From Pseudovirgaria hyperparasitica (Eukaryota): DNA of 64,000 bases. The stretch lies in NCBI GenBank assembly GCA_010093815.1, contig ML996578.1, one strand, 5' to 3'. Shown piece by piece: positions 38,601 to 51,066 of this stretch; within the stretch, counting starts at the first letter, position 1, and the number at the start of each line of letters is the position of its first letter. The translations under genes were made by a program, and so were the position numbers. The notes under the pieces were generated by a model, which had not been told where the DNA came from, made no database searches, and saw only the letters and a program-made list of their open reading frames with translations.

Positions 38601-41600
38601 CCTTGTCATATTGAAACCTCAGGGCCACATTGTTGAGTCCGAAGTACCGCACATGATCTTTGTGGATATCATGTGTGCAAGCGTCGGCGCTGTCCGCTCG
38701 TGGTTGCAGCTGGCTGCTCCAAAACGTGAGCTCCAGATATTTCGCAAATGAATACTTCCACGTATTGTCGGACATCGGAAATGGTTGAGTTTCTTGTTGA
38801 CAAATCCGGCAGACACTCCACATGAGAACTGTGTTTTGTAGTCCACGAATCTTGGTGGCATGTTTTTGTACGAAGACGCTCAATTGACCTTCGCCGTGAA
38901 CGTACTGCCGATGATGATCGAACATCTTCCGATCGCACCCTGCTGATTCGCAGATGTTGTTCCCACCATGACATAAATCCTCGATATATTGACCTAAGGA
39001 GCAGTCAGGCATGAAGCCATCCTCTAGGTCATGCTCGTTGTAGAACCCCAAGGCAATGATCTCGGGCCCAAAGCATGGTGTGGAGGTCACAGAATTCACC
39101 GCACTATAAAGTACAGCGATTCTTTGGTGATTGAACGGATCAAAGAGTTCCATATTACCAGAAAGATATGCTTCCCATTGTCGCCGCTGTGTGTTGTAGT
39201 TATGCATTGCCTTCTCATATTCGGCGTTATGGACGGCGTGTAAGAAGTCGCGAACTTGTCTGGAGGCCTTTTCTGGAACGTCGTGGACCATTTCGGGTTG
39301 AACAAGTTCGAAAGATGTCGTCTGCTCGGCGGTTTCTTTTTCGTCTGAAGGGGTGTATTGGTCCCGCAACTTCTTCAAGTACGCCAGTCTCCTTTCCTGC
39401 TCTCGAGATTGCGTGAGAAGATATGGCTGCATGAAGGTTACGAAGGGCGAGGCTGATAGTATCTTGGTTTTATGTTTTTCTACCATCTCACCGTAGAATG
39501 AGGGCATGGGAATATCGTCTGGGTACTCATTACTCTTTTCTGATACCAAGTTCTCGTTCTTTGAGGTAGTGTCTACGACATGGTCTGCTTGACGGCTATC
39601 AATGATATCTCCGTCCGTAATATCGGCGTAGGTAGTCTTTTGCGCACTTTCTTTCTCCCGATCCATCTGGATCTGATGGCTTGCCCGAGCAACCACATCA
39701 TGGGGAGGGAATGACCCACTATCTGCAACATTTGCTACCTTTTTCGCAAATTTTTGCCTCGAAGACAGAGTGTCGCCGTCTACAGAAGATGGTATGAGCA
39801 CACATTCATCTCGCATTAGGCATGTCTCGAGCTTGAGATTGTAGACAACGTAGCACATGAACTCTGTGATCTTCTTGAGCGTTCGTAGGGTAGCCACACT
39901 AGCGCCTCGAAGCACAATGGTGCAACCTAGCTCACGCTGACAACCGGACAGGTAAGTATATGTCTTCTTAATACCACCATGTCGGTAAGTCTTGATGTCG
40001 AAGCTGGCGCAATGACCAAGGTGGGCAGGGTCCCCTGCAAGCTTGTCGACTGAAGATATCATGCGAGCTCGAGTGCATCTCGATACTGCGTTCAAGACAG
40101 AAGGCTTAACATTATAGGCAACGGCGATTCTGGCTTCTTCGAGAAACTCCAAGGCCAAGCCAGCAACATTCCTCTGGACCAGTAACACGTGTGGTTGGAG
40201 AGCAGCAATGCGATTGACTAGGTTTCGCAGATACTCTCGCTCCTGAGCGATGACAGGCTCAAGACTCATGAAGTGTTGCTGATGTCGAGCGTATTCGATA
40301 GCGAACGTAACGATAATAATTCGTGGGTTAGGGATACTTCGCGCCATACTCTTCAATGCTAGATTCTTTGAGAAAACAACGCCTGAGACATAGGACGTAT
40401 CGCCTGGTTTGCCACCAGGGATTTTCTTTAGCTTGATGTAATGCCTAATATCGATATCATCATTCTGTTGGACGTCTGGATTCACATCGTCCGTGCACTG
40501 TAAGAGGATAGGCATAAGCGCCCGTTCCCACCCGGAAGAATGAGGTATAGATCCATCTTGAAGTAGCTGACGTAGTAGACGGCGGACGTGCTGTAGACTT
40601 GCAGCGTTTAATTCGACAATCGGTGCATCACGGCCTCTCATTGATGAGCTCCGAATCATTTTGGATCCACCGACATTTGTCGGGACCTGAAGCCCAGATG
40701 AAGACTGTCCGAGACCAGAGCCAAATCCAATAGCTAGATTGCGCAATAGCCCACTGCTCTTTATACGCTTAGGTGACGTTTTAAGGTTCACGTTGCTGCT
40801 GACGCTAATATTTCGTCGCCTTGAGTGGCGATTCAGGTGCCGACTCGTGATGCTTGCATTGTCAGGATCTCGTGAGTATATGCTCTGCGACCCTCCAAAG
40901 CCTTTGTCACCACCTCTGGATCTGAGCTTGCGACTTCCAGTAAGTATGTTGGAGGGCTGGTTTCTGTCACCATCATGTCGACTATGCCCATGGCCACTGA
41001 GTGTTGCAAAGATACTGACTTGTTCATCTTCACTAGACTCCTCGTCCGACATGAAAGGTGCTAAATCTGGATCAATAATATTGTCGTGGTGAAACGCTGG
41101 CAGTCGTAGGCGGTCATCGAAGTCATTAATCGCGTGTCTATGAAATGGGGCGCGATCATCATAGCGTACATTCCGCATGTGCTGATTCTTCGATGTGTGC
41201 CTTTTGTGCCCGGTAGAAGACCGTGGCCTTCCACTGAGTGACCTCAAAGATCGAGATGAGCTCGGTCTGGCAAGTGTCGGCGATCTGTCTAACTCGATGA
41301 CGGCAGATCGCCGTTTTCCCTCTCCGGCCTTACGAGACATAGGAATGCTAATAGTCGGGGTGCCGATTTTCATGGGCTCCCCCTCGCGAACGGTTGCAGG
41401 GTGGCGCACAGTGTGGGCTTGACCTACATCATCAGCGTCGTACAATGAGCTTCCATCAGCATCTTCGGAAAAGTCTGATGAATCGTCTTCGTTGCCATAT
41501 ATGATTGCCTCGCATGGTTTACAAACTCTTAGTGTGCCCCCTTGTCCAAAGAGCCGGCCTGACACAAGAGAAGTACATTTAGAGTCGAATATTTGACCAC

Positions 41601-43038
41601 AGGTACCTAAGGATAGTGATTTAGCTAGAAACAAATGAGTCAGAGTGTGAGGTCACATACGACAATGATGTTTTCGACGGAACGTGCTGAATGGATCTCC
41701 ACAGTAGAAACAATCTTTAGCGTTCTCGTCTCTCATCCAGAATTCTTTCGACAATACTTTACGTCTCATCTGTGAGAACACATTGTTAGGTAAGTTATCA
41801 GTGGTGGAATTGTTATTGATATAATTCGGCTCCTCAGCGATATAGAGGGGCGGTGGTTTGGATGCAACGACTGTGCTAGAGCTCAACCCACCATCGGACG
41901 AAGATGCTCTTGACGGCCGATAGCCCGGCAGATGGGATTGGCTGATCTGAAGAAGAGGAGGTCTAGAGGGAGTCGGTGTCGATGCTGCTGTTGCCCTGCT
42001 TATAGTTCCAGTAGCTGAAGACGCATTTGCTACATTAAAAGAAGCCTGATGATTTGATCTCGTACCGGAAACTGTACCCTGATCTTTCATCAGAGCATCT
42101 TCATCTGCCTTCGCCATCTCAATATCACCTTTTTCATCTACAAGAACTATCTCGTTATCGCTACTGTCAGCATCGTGGTTTTGAAAGTCTGCGGATGGCT
42201 TGGATGTCCTTCTGCTGCTCTCTGCTACGGGCATCCTGATAGACCTCTGTTCATCTCGAGATAGCTTACTACGCACGGTATCTTTAGCAGCTGCATCTAC
42301 ACAGGGTTTCGGTGCTACTGGGGCATACGAGGGACTTTTGGTCTCTTTTGCCTCAGATTGTGCAGGTATAATATCAAGTGACTCGACTGTACTTGTGGCT
42401 ATAGATGGCTTTGACTTTCCTTGGAGGACCAAAGGAGATCGAGACGTTACTGAACCAGTCCTAGCCACAGTGGCCATTACATTTGACTTATCGGGGTTGC
42501 TCGCAATTGGCGGTACAGGCTCTGTAAAGGTAGTGCCTAGTGGAGAGCTCAGTTTCGAAGACGATGTAGAAGCAGCGGTAGAAGACGGATGCGATTTGCT
42601 GGAGGATGTCCGAACATGTTTGGGGAGAGTTTTAGTCCACAGGCTGTGTGTAGAATGTGTATCTGCGTTCTCTTGGAGTAATACTGGTGATGCTGTCCCA
42701 AATGCTTCTTTAGCATTTTCTACAGAAGCTCTGAACCGGTCGTAAAGTCCACTCAAGCCACCATGCACGATGTCCCCTGCTATTGACTTGGTATCATAAC
42801 CTTGTGAAGATGAGGGCGGAGAAGCAAATTGATCGAAGGTAGTGAGCGTCTCAGATCTTGAAGCAGAACTATGGATCTGGTCTAGGGCCATATTCATTGT
42901 TTCCTTATCAACGCGTCCCTTGGTCGACGATATAGACACTAGCGAGCTCCTTCGTGACCGCCGTGCCAGTGGATCCAGTGGTAGGCGAATGGACGAACTC
43001 GATGGGCTCGAGGCATTCGGTGTATCTTGAGAAGTCAT
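35629..43038 (-). CDS. FAB1: 1-phosphatidylinositol-3-phosphate 5-kinase Fab1/PIKfyve (intron 41607-41660)
   Basis: FYVE (W..DE, RRKHHC|RTCG), CCT/TCP1-like domain (KLKKIPGG), PIPK domain (GGKSKS, FDLKGS, MDYSL, GIID). Confidence 0.97.
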
Positions 43039-43525
43039 CTTGAAACTTCAGACAGCGGAGCATCGGGTAGTGAGGTCTCCGATGGTGAAAGATCGATGCG
43101 CTTCCCTATAATGTTATTAAATGTTGACACTTGGTATGAAGGAATGCCAGCGAAAGATGAGGGTCGATAGCGAGAGCGCTGGCACTGTACAAGAGAAGGC
43201 CCTGACGCCCTGGAAAGCCGCCGGCAAGTCATGGAATGTGGCAAAGTGATTGTGAATACAATGGCAGGACGTTGTAACAAGAAGAGTGAGCATGGAGTGA
43301 AGTTCTCTGGTTGAACCTTAATACCTAAAACTGATGACGCTCCGTCTCAGGTGTTAGTGGCTGTGTCCGTGGCGTTCTTATCGATTGTCGTAGCTATAGC
43401 AGATCTATGGATTACTGTGTCACTTTTGATAGGACAGTCGCGTAAACACTTGTATACAGCTGTACATATGTTCTGATTCTCTATAATACAGCTTTTTTTT
43501 TTTTGGATATTGCCCACCCTTTCGG

Positions 43526-43561
43526 ACGCGACAGATCACGACGAAACGCGTCAGAACGCGT
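43526..43561. promoter_or_regulatory. MCB elements (ACGCGA + 2x ACGCGT)
   Basis: ACGCGT at 43546 and 43556 in an AACGCGTCAG tandem repeat, ~70 bp upstream of ATG 43627. Confidence 0.55.
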
Positions 43562-43626
43562 CAGAATAACCCCGCCTGCCAGGTGCTCTATCTATCTGGA
43601 TGGGACCCGCAAGCTGAACATGTCCG

Positions 43627-46600
43627 ATGTCCGACTCAAGCAACGGAGGCAACCATTGGCTCCTTGCATGTGTGAGGGTCGAGCTCAGTGAAATATTCAC
43701 TGGCCCTGTACATTGGGAAGCTCAAGCCCGGCAGCACCGCCAGCCCTTTCCGCTCGCAGTGATTGATCTGGTGAGCTTCTTGTCTGCAGCGATATAAACA
43801 GTGGCCTGACTACTATTTTTCTGTAGTGCTCAGAGTCCAACCGGTCTAAACCAAATCGTGTTGCCGAAAGGGTGCTATACGACTCCAAGCATAGCATTCG
43901 TGCAACATTCAACGGACACCGCACTCTGTCTAATCCTAAGATAGGCTCTCATTGCTTCTTGCTGGAGTTCGATATTGTCGTTTCGTGGGATGCAGAGCAC
44001 AAGTTTGGAATTAGACTGGATGTACACCGTGCAGATTACACGACTACCTTTCCGCCGCCCCATTTGATCCAACACCGTCCGATACAATTGATAGGCAACC
44101 ATCCGGTCGTCCAAGAGTTAGAAAAGGTTGTTTACCTTGGTCGCAACGAGGCCATTCAGGGTTTCCAAAGAGGAGAAGGAAGGGTCGTTAATGTCTACGC
44201 TGGGCTCGCGAGGTGTGACTTAATAGAATTCGACGTACGACCATCTCGAGTTCAACTTTCACCAAGTTCATCGGGTACATCACTTCAGTACGGTCGACAT
44301 ACAGAAGACTTCAATGTATTCGCGAACTACGTGATGAGTTTTGACGACGTAAACAGTGAGGAGGAATTGGCATCCCAGATCGATGTGGACGAGACGTCTG
44401 GATTCTCTAGTGGTAACCTCTTCCGGCAACCCCTGTCCACCACCGATGAGGTCGTTGGCATACGAGAGCAAGAGTCAGGAAGTGATCAAGCCCAAGTCGA
44501 AAACATTTATAGCGCCAATGTGGTAAACAATGATGATGTTATGGTATTTTATGATGATCCTGCCCCCTTTTCAGCCCGAGACCGTCCGATCAACGTCGAC
44601 TCATCAGAACTTACGACCAACAATGTCACCACGGATACCCATGTCCCTCCTTCGGGGGACATCGGCTCCATAGTTCCTTCAATTGACCATTCGGATATAC
44701 ACGAAGAGCTACAGTATTCTCCTCTCCAGAGCCAGAGCCCACCGGGAAACCAAGAATCAGTCCAGCAAGACATTGAATCACGCGCGATTAGCAGTCACTA
44801 CCACAATACTCGTCCGAGACACACGATGCCTCAAACAGAATCTATCGGATATGATAAGGGAAACGAAAACATATTCTTTAGAGAATGGTTCGGGGTGAGT
44901 AACTCTATATCTATGAGGCAACTGTGCCGAATACCGAAAGATCAGGCTGCGATCTTGGCCAAGGAGGAGTGTAAGTCGCGCATTCTTCTCGTATCAAATA
45001 GAGCATATTACTAACATTATGAGTAGCATGGCTGCCGTCAAACTCATATCCAGCATATAACGTTCCACATTCCATTATCAGTGACCTACAGCGTCGTCAG
45101 ATGGTTGGTAGTTGTCACTCCACTGACCTCGAAACTTCTACGTCACTTTGGCACCGGCAAATTGGTCGGGATCAATCCAATAGCAGTCCTGTACGTTCAG
45201 GTTCTGAGTCATCTACAGAGAATGAGCAAACAAACGGGGCCTCACCGCCGAGCTCTGATACATCAGACGAAGTTTATCCCTGGACTCCGTCTCCTTCGCA
45301 GCCGAGACGCCGCTCACCTGATGATCTTCCGCCGGATAGCAGTGCCGTACAAGCAAGCCCATCAAAGTGCGAGCTTACCTTGAACAGTACACATGATGAC
45401 CGCGTTGCTAGACAAGAAATTGGAGAAGGCAGACGCCTGCCTGAAGAAGAGGGTATGGATATCGGCAGTATCGTTGCTGTGGAAAGCGCTTTCGCACCCT
45501 CATCACCAGCTGCTCCTGAAGCGGAAGCCCAGGTTCAAGTGGGTGTGACACCCCAAGGGAAAGCGCCGGAGAAGCCTGTGGCTCAAGTACCTGGGAGCAG
45601 CTCAGCCACAGATAACAAACAACAGTCCTCAGGGAACTCCGCTTCGACTAACGTTGGTCCGTGTACATATCAGAAGCCTGACGGTCCTACAGCGATAGAA
45701 AATAGGAAAGTTGCTCTGTCACCTGAAACGACACAAACACGCGAAACGGGAGCAGATATCGTAATCTCGTCCAAGCGGCCGTTAGATTTCCCGGTGACCC
45801 TGGATGGCAATACACCAAAACGCGTCCGTACAATTAAAATCAAGCGATTGAAGTGCAAGCCGAAGACAGGCACGCTTGCCACCCCTTCCAGATCGCTCGC
45901 AGAGATGCGCGGATTTGATTATTCGTGCGGTGCTCACGGCACAGGATCAATCCAAAGCACAGCAATAGTTAGAGAGGAGGAACCAGCGTGTGTTGATGAT
46001 CAGAGCAATCCAAATGAAAACTCTGCAATACATGCTGTAACCACCTTAAAACCTGCGAAGCTGAGTTTTGTTTCAGCAAATATCGGAGAGCCTGGCGCGA
46101 CGAGTTCGTTACATATGAAGGGAGTCGAGCTGTTTGGAAAATCTTCCGTGCCTACGTCGTCAGTAGCTCTAGCCCAATGTGCGCAAATACTGGCATCCAT
46201 TCATAAGAACTGGGAGCCAGATAGCGCCAGAATAGATGTCGAAGAGCATGGCATCAAGTGTGACCCAGGACGCTTAAACAATAGGCTGATTGCCGACATT
46301 GATAACACTCGCGAAGACACATCGACAAAGTCTATCCCGAGAAATGAGCAAGACGAATCTATCAAAAAACCCAATGAAATTCGCGCTGAAGGTCTTTTCA
46401 CGCACTCACTAGGACCAAGTAAAGAGACATTAACTATGAAAGATCATGAGCATCATCTCGCCGACCACTCGAAATCTATTGCAACGAAGAAAGTGTCCAA
46501 TGTCGGGCTTCAGACAACTCGTGGAATAGTTCCGACTAAGTCTGTCTGCGGCCTCACGAACACGAAATCTGGTCCTACTGTGTCGAAAGAGTCGTCTACT

Positions 46601-46957
46601 GTCAGGTACCAAGGGATTCGCAAAGAGCTGTTAGCTAGGTCTCGTCCATCGAGTCATTCGTCGGCATCGAAGAACGCGAAGACTACGGGAATGTCTGCAA
46701 ACAGCCCAGTCCCTGATGCTTCGAAGAATGCGTTCACCATCAAAAATGCTCCAGCTGAATCAGCGACTCCACCAAGAATACCAGCAACAGGGATGACAAA
46801 GTTCATTGCTAATTACACATCACTTAAGTGCTTCGGAGGCCGCTATGGACGGTATGATAGCGAAACGGGCTCATTAGAGCGGCCTCAGATGAAGGTTGAT
46901 GTGTCTACATGGCCAATTGGCCCAGTCCAAGGTAGCCAATTTAATAGCGAGAACTGA
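43627..46957 (+). CDS. Large protein with N-terminal OB-fold-like region, candidate TPP1/Tpz1/Est3-family telomere protein (introns 43771-43826, 44971-45026)
   Basis: Canonical introns join three in-frame exons; HWLLACVRVEL, LYDSKHSIRATF, G.HC.L..F.I pattern; IPKDQAAIL....SWLP..NVP motif; disordered C-terminus. Confidence 0.65.
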
Positions 46958-47935
46958 CTTTTGTGCACAAGCATGTATGGTAGTAATAAGGTAGGTTTTT
47001 TTTTGGAGATACCCTAATCAAGGTTTTGGAAAGAGGACTGATGAAACCCATTACTGATTGAGGAATCCTGAGCTCTTTCATCACTGTCACAAGACCCGTG
47101 TTTCTAAAACATGCATTCATGCAGCTCATCTTTGCATTCATTCATTTTGATGTTGCTTGATGTTTGCGGACTTCAGAGTCTAGTATATCCCTGAAACTCA
47201 TTTAAGCTCTAGATATACATATACATTTGCAAGAACTTACCTGGCATTGTTTTACGCAACTCACGTGCGTGTTATATAGTACTACTGCGAAAATGAATGA
47301 CTGAGCTTTTCTGTAAGTAGCGTACATGCGTGATGTTCAGAAGACTACGCTGAAACACAGGATAGCAGCAAAGCTTCTGCCACCAATCGGATGATATCAT
47401 TTGCGACCCAATCCCTGCCTTATTTGGACTAGCATATAAGGCTTAAGTGAGTTTCTATCGTAATTACTTGCAATATTGAGACGCCGAATTAAGTCACATC
47501 ATAATACCAACAACAATTCGGTTCCTGGTTTAATCGACAATGGGAGGGCTCGAGTATCACTGGACCGTACCTTTAAGGTAAGAGATGGATATAATCGGTA
47601 GGTCTCAAAAGGGCAAGCAGCTACTGGCAGATTTACAGCTGTTACTTCCTTTGCTTCTGGTCACAGGTCAAACAGCTAATCTACATCGATATAGACGTTA
47701 GTATAGCAATAGACACCAGAGGAAGAAAGGGATACTGGCCCTGTAATGGCTGGAGATCAATATATCAACACATCGAAAACATCGCTGTCGTTGATTGGAC
47801 AGCATTTGTCATCGAGGAACCGACGCCAAGCGTGGCCATGAATGTGCTCAATCCCGCGCATCCAGAGGAAGACACTGCCAAAAAAACATTATTAACAAGA
47901 TGCAGATGCCCCGCAAACATGTGACTTCATCGCGA

Positions 47936-48830
47936 ATGCCTCTGCTGACAATTACGGTCGTCCTTGGCCTCGTCCTGCTTCTTGCCCCGCATTCAGCTTT
48001 TGCGTCTGATCACAACGAAGCATACGAAGCCTTTCACGAGTCCGACGATACAGTATACGCAGCAATGGCTTATAAACCACATACGTACAGCTTGCCGCCT
48101 CTAGGCTACGAATACAATGTAAGTTTGGGTCGGTTCATGGTGCAAGTCGCGTAGTTGACGTCTCGAAAGGCGCTCGAACCACACATTTCCGCCCAGATCA
48201 TGGAGCTCCATCACAGCAAGCACCACAACACCTACATAACGAGCCTTAATGCTGCGCTCTCGAATCTCGCTACCGCAAGTGCTGCCGGCGACGTTCCTGG
48301 TCAAATTGCTCTCCAGCCTCTGATCAAGTTTCATGGTGGCGGCCACATTAACCACTCGCTGTTCTGGCAGAACCTCGCACCCGCCTCCTCAGCTGAAGCA
48401 AAGCCGTCATCGGCTCCAAAGCTCACTGAGGCTATCAAGCAGACTTGGGGTGACGAGGCGGCGTTCCGTGAGGCCTTCAAGGCCGCACTGCTGGGCATCC
48501 AGGGTAGTGGATGGGGTTGGCTTGTCAAGGTTGAAGGCGCAACGAAGGACGACCGGCTCACGATTGTAACGACAAAGGACCAAGATCCTATTGTTGGAAA
48601 GGGCGAGGTCCCCATTTTTGGTGTGGACATGTGGGAGCATGCCTACTATCTTCAGGTAAGATCAATGGTAGTACTTTTGAGAGACATGCTTACTAATTGG
48701 GCTATAGTACCTGAACGGCAAGGCTGCATATGTCGACAACATCTGGAATATCATCAACTGGAAGACAGCCGAAGAGAGATATCTCGGTAAGCAGGGCGAT
48801 GCCTTCAAGGTTCTCAAGGCCTCAATGTAA
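47936..48830 (+). CDS. Manganese superoxide dismutase with in-frame N-terminal signal peptide (introns 48119-48169, 48656-48707; second ATG 48065)
   Basis: [58 protein letters not shown]; ends KVLKASM*. Confidence 0.95.
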
Positions 48831-49343
48831 ACAATTAACTGGGCATCCACTCAGTCGTGGAGGCGAAACATGAAAACATAAGGAAGTTTGTATGACTCTA
48901 TGAGGCCAAAATCATCCATAAGACCCCACAAAGCAGCCACATAGGCTATAGCTGCCCTTGGTCCCAAAGCATTGCAACTGCCCGTCTGAGTGCATCCAAC
49001 GCTAACCCCCGCAAACATGCTCACTTGCCAAGCCCTTCATCTGCAACGACCGTGACGTTCACAAGCTGCATTCCCTATATATCCTCCGCAATCGTGCTCA
49101 TCAGGGTACTAAAGCATCTCCACCTCGGTACGCAATGCAGTGTAACATTTCTATAACACTTCTACACGACCATTACCATAATACATAATACATGGTCCTT
49201 CCTCGCAACACAAACTTATATTCCAGGACTCCAACAGCATATCATCCCACGCGAAACTGTCCTTTCTTCCGACTCAATCCACAGCTATCAAACATCATAC
49301 CGGCCTGCTTATTTCCTGCGCACTCAAATAGCCACTAACAACA

Positions 49344-49885
49344 ATGTGTAACGGCATCGGGCGCCCCTCGCAAGGCGGCACAATCGCAACCCTACGGACG
49401 CCCACATCCAGCAGCAGCAGCACCTCCTACGATATCTTATTCACCAACACCACCGACCTATCCGCCCCTCCTCAGACCTGCGCTACATTTCGCACGCCGT
49501 CGACCGAGTCCCTCCATGACTGCTGGCTAGTGATACAGTAGGCTCCCTCTTCACCCTCCTGCATGCTTGTCTGCGTGAATCCTTATAAAGTCGCCTGTAC
49601 TCTTTTCATTCTGTTTCTCAATTCAAGGTTGGAATTGGAAATGAAGCTGACTATATCAGCCACGACGGCGACCTCTCAGTGCCGCATCATGCGAGACATA
49701 CACAGCCACTGTATACATTTCCAGTACGATTGGATAGGCGGAATAGTATGGCGCTGCCGGAGGCGCTGCAACTGGGTGTTGGTGGAAAAGGAGTCGTGGG
49801 ACGGCGGATGGCGCTTGTGGAAGGCAACGGAGCGATGGGATGGAGGGGCAAGGTCCTTGCGGAAGGGGTGATCGGGTGGAATTAA
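49344..49885 (+). CDS. 139-aa protein with degenerate Cu/Zn-SOD/CCS-domain-like motifs (intron 49538-49659)
   Basis: ACAATG start; GTAGGC..GCTGAC..CAG intron fuses two track ORFs into WLVIHHDGDLS...GVVGRRMALV...LAEGVIGWN*. Confidence 0.7.
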
Positions 49886-50196
49886 ACAAGCATTAAAGCC
49901 CGGTAGAAACAGGGATTAGAGTTGATATTGCGACAGATACCACTGTTTTAGACACTCTTCAAGTGCTGGCGTATTGTGACGAATCGGATGTATAATCTAG
50001 ATGAGCCACGTGTCTTCGAAGATCAGTTTGATCATGGCACAGTTCTGGAGGAGAAACTGGGTATCCGAACATACACCATGCCGGTAACAGATGCGAGACT
50101 GTATGCCGTTGATGCTGGGGCGGGCATTGTGACCCTCCGAAACTTCTGAGTATACACACGTTCGTTGATCGTCTCATGAGGATCGCCATTTTCCTG

Positions 50197-50800
50197 TCAG
50201 AGCTCTTGAGTGGCTTCTGAAGTCATTGCTGGAGGAGGAGATAGGTCATCTTTCTCCCAGGGCTTCTTACGCCTTGGTTTCACAGCTTGTGTTCCCTGTC
50301 CCTCAAGCACTGTAGGGGGTATATCTTTGATTCCGGGGATTGGTTTCCCAGACGTGATCAATTCTACGATCTCAGCAAAGGATGTAGGATAGGGTGCGTC
50401 AGGTTGCGTCGACCCATTCGCCCCTTCCATGTTTGGAGTTGGAGTGGATGAATTACATGGAACCGAATCTGCTTGGGACACGAAGACGCCGTTCGGGATA
50501 GGTAGATTGGCTGATTCGCGGTAGCGCTTGTAAGCATCAAAATCAACAGGTATGCTAAATTTTCTATGGGTGGAAGTTAGATGAGATGTACGAGCACAGA
50601 ATCTCTGCTTTGTACCTAGAGAAATAGAAGCAACGGGCCCGAAGAGTGAGCTCCGCTGCTTGCTCTGGACTACTGCTTGACCCTAAAATGGCTGTGAGTC
50701 CGCCCTGGAACTCCTCATCTTCATCCCAAGGGTATTGCTCGACCCGGGAGAACATCTCGGGGGTATCAGGATGAAATATGGCTTCTGTAGTGGAATTCAT
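50197..50800 (-). CDS. PEX39: PEX39-like protein (Pex14-like HTH + DUF5572 + KPWE motif; intron 50564-50615)
   Basis: YPWDEDEEFQGGL, ARCFYFSR|K, SFAEIVELITSGKPIPGIKDIP and RKKPWE motifs. Confidence 0.75.
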
Positions 50801-51066
50801 GACTCGATCAATTATACTCGGAGACCAAGGCTTTCATTCAAGCTTGAACATATTCACTGGAGGTTTGTGTTGTTCCATGGGAGCCATTGCCAAGACGGAA
50901 GCACTTCGGACCGCAAAGGAGCTTCCAACACACTTCAGCTTTGTTTCGCTTGTCTTCCTACTCTCACATCCTCTACACACATTCTCGCTCCCCTCGATCC
51001 TACTTTCCATCCACATCTCCCTCCGCCTCACAATAGTTATTCACATCAGCTTCATATCGCTCCACA

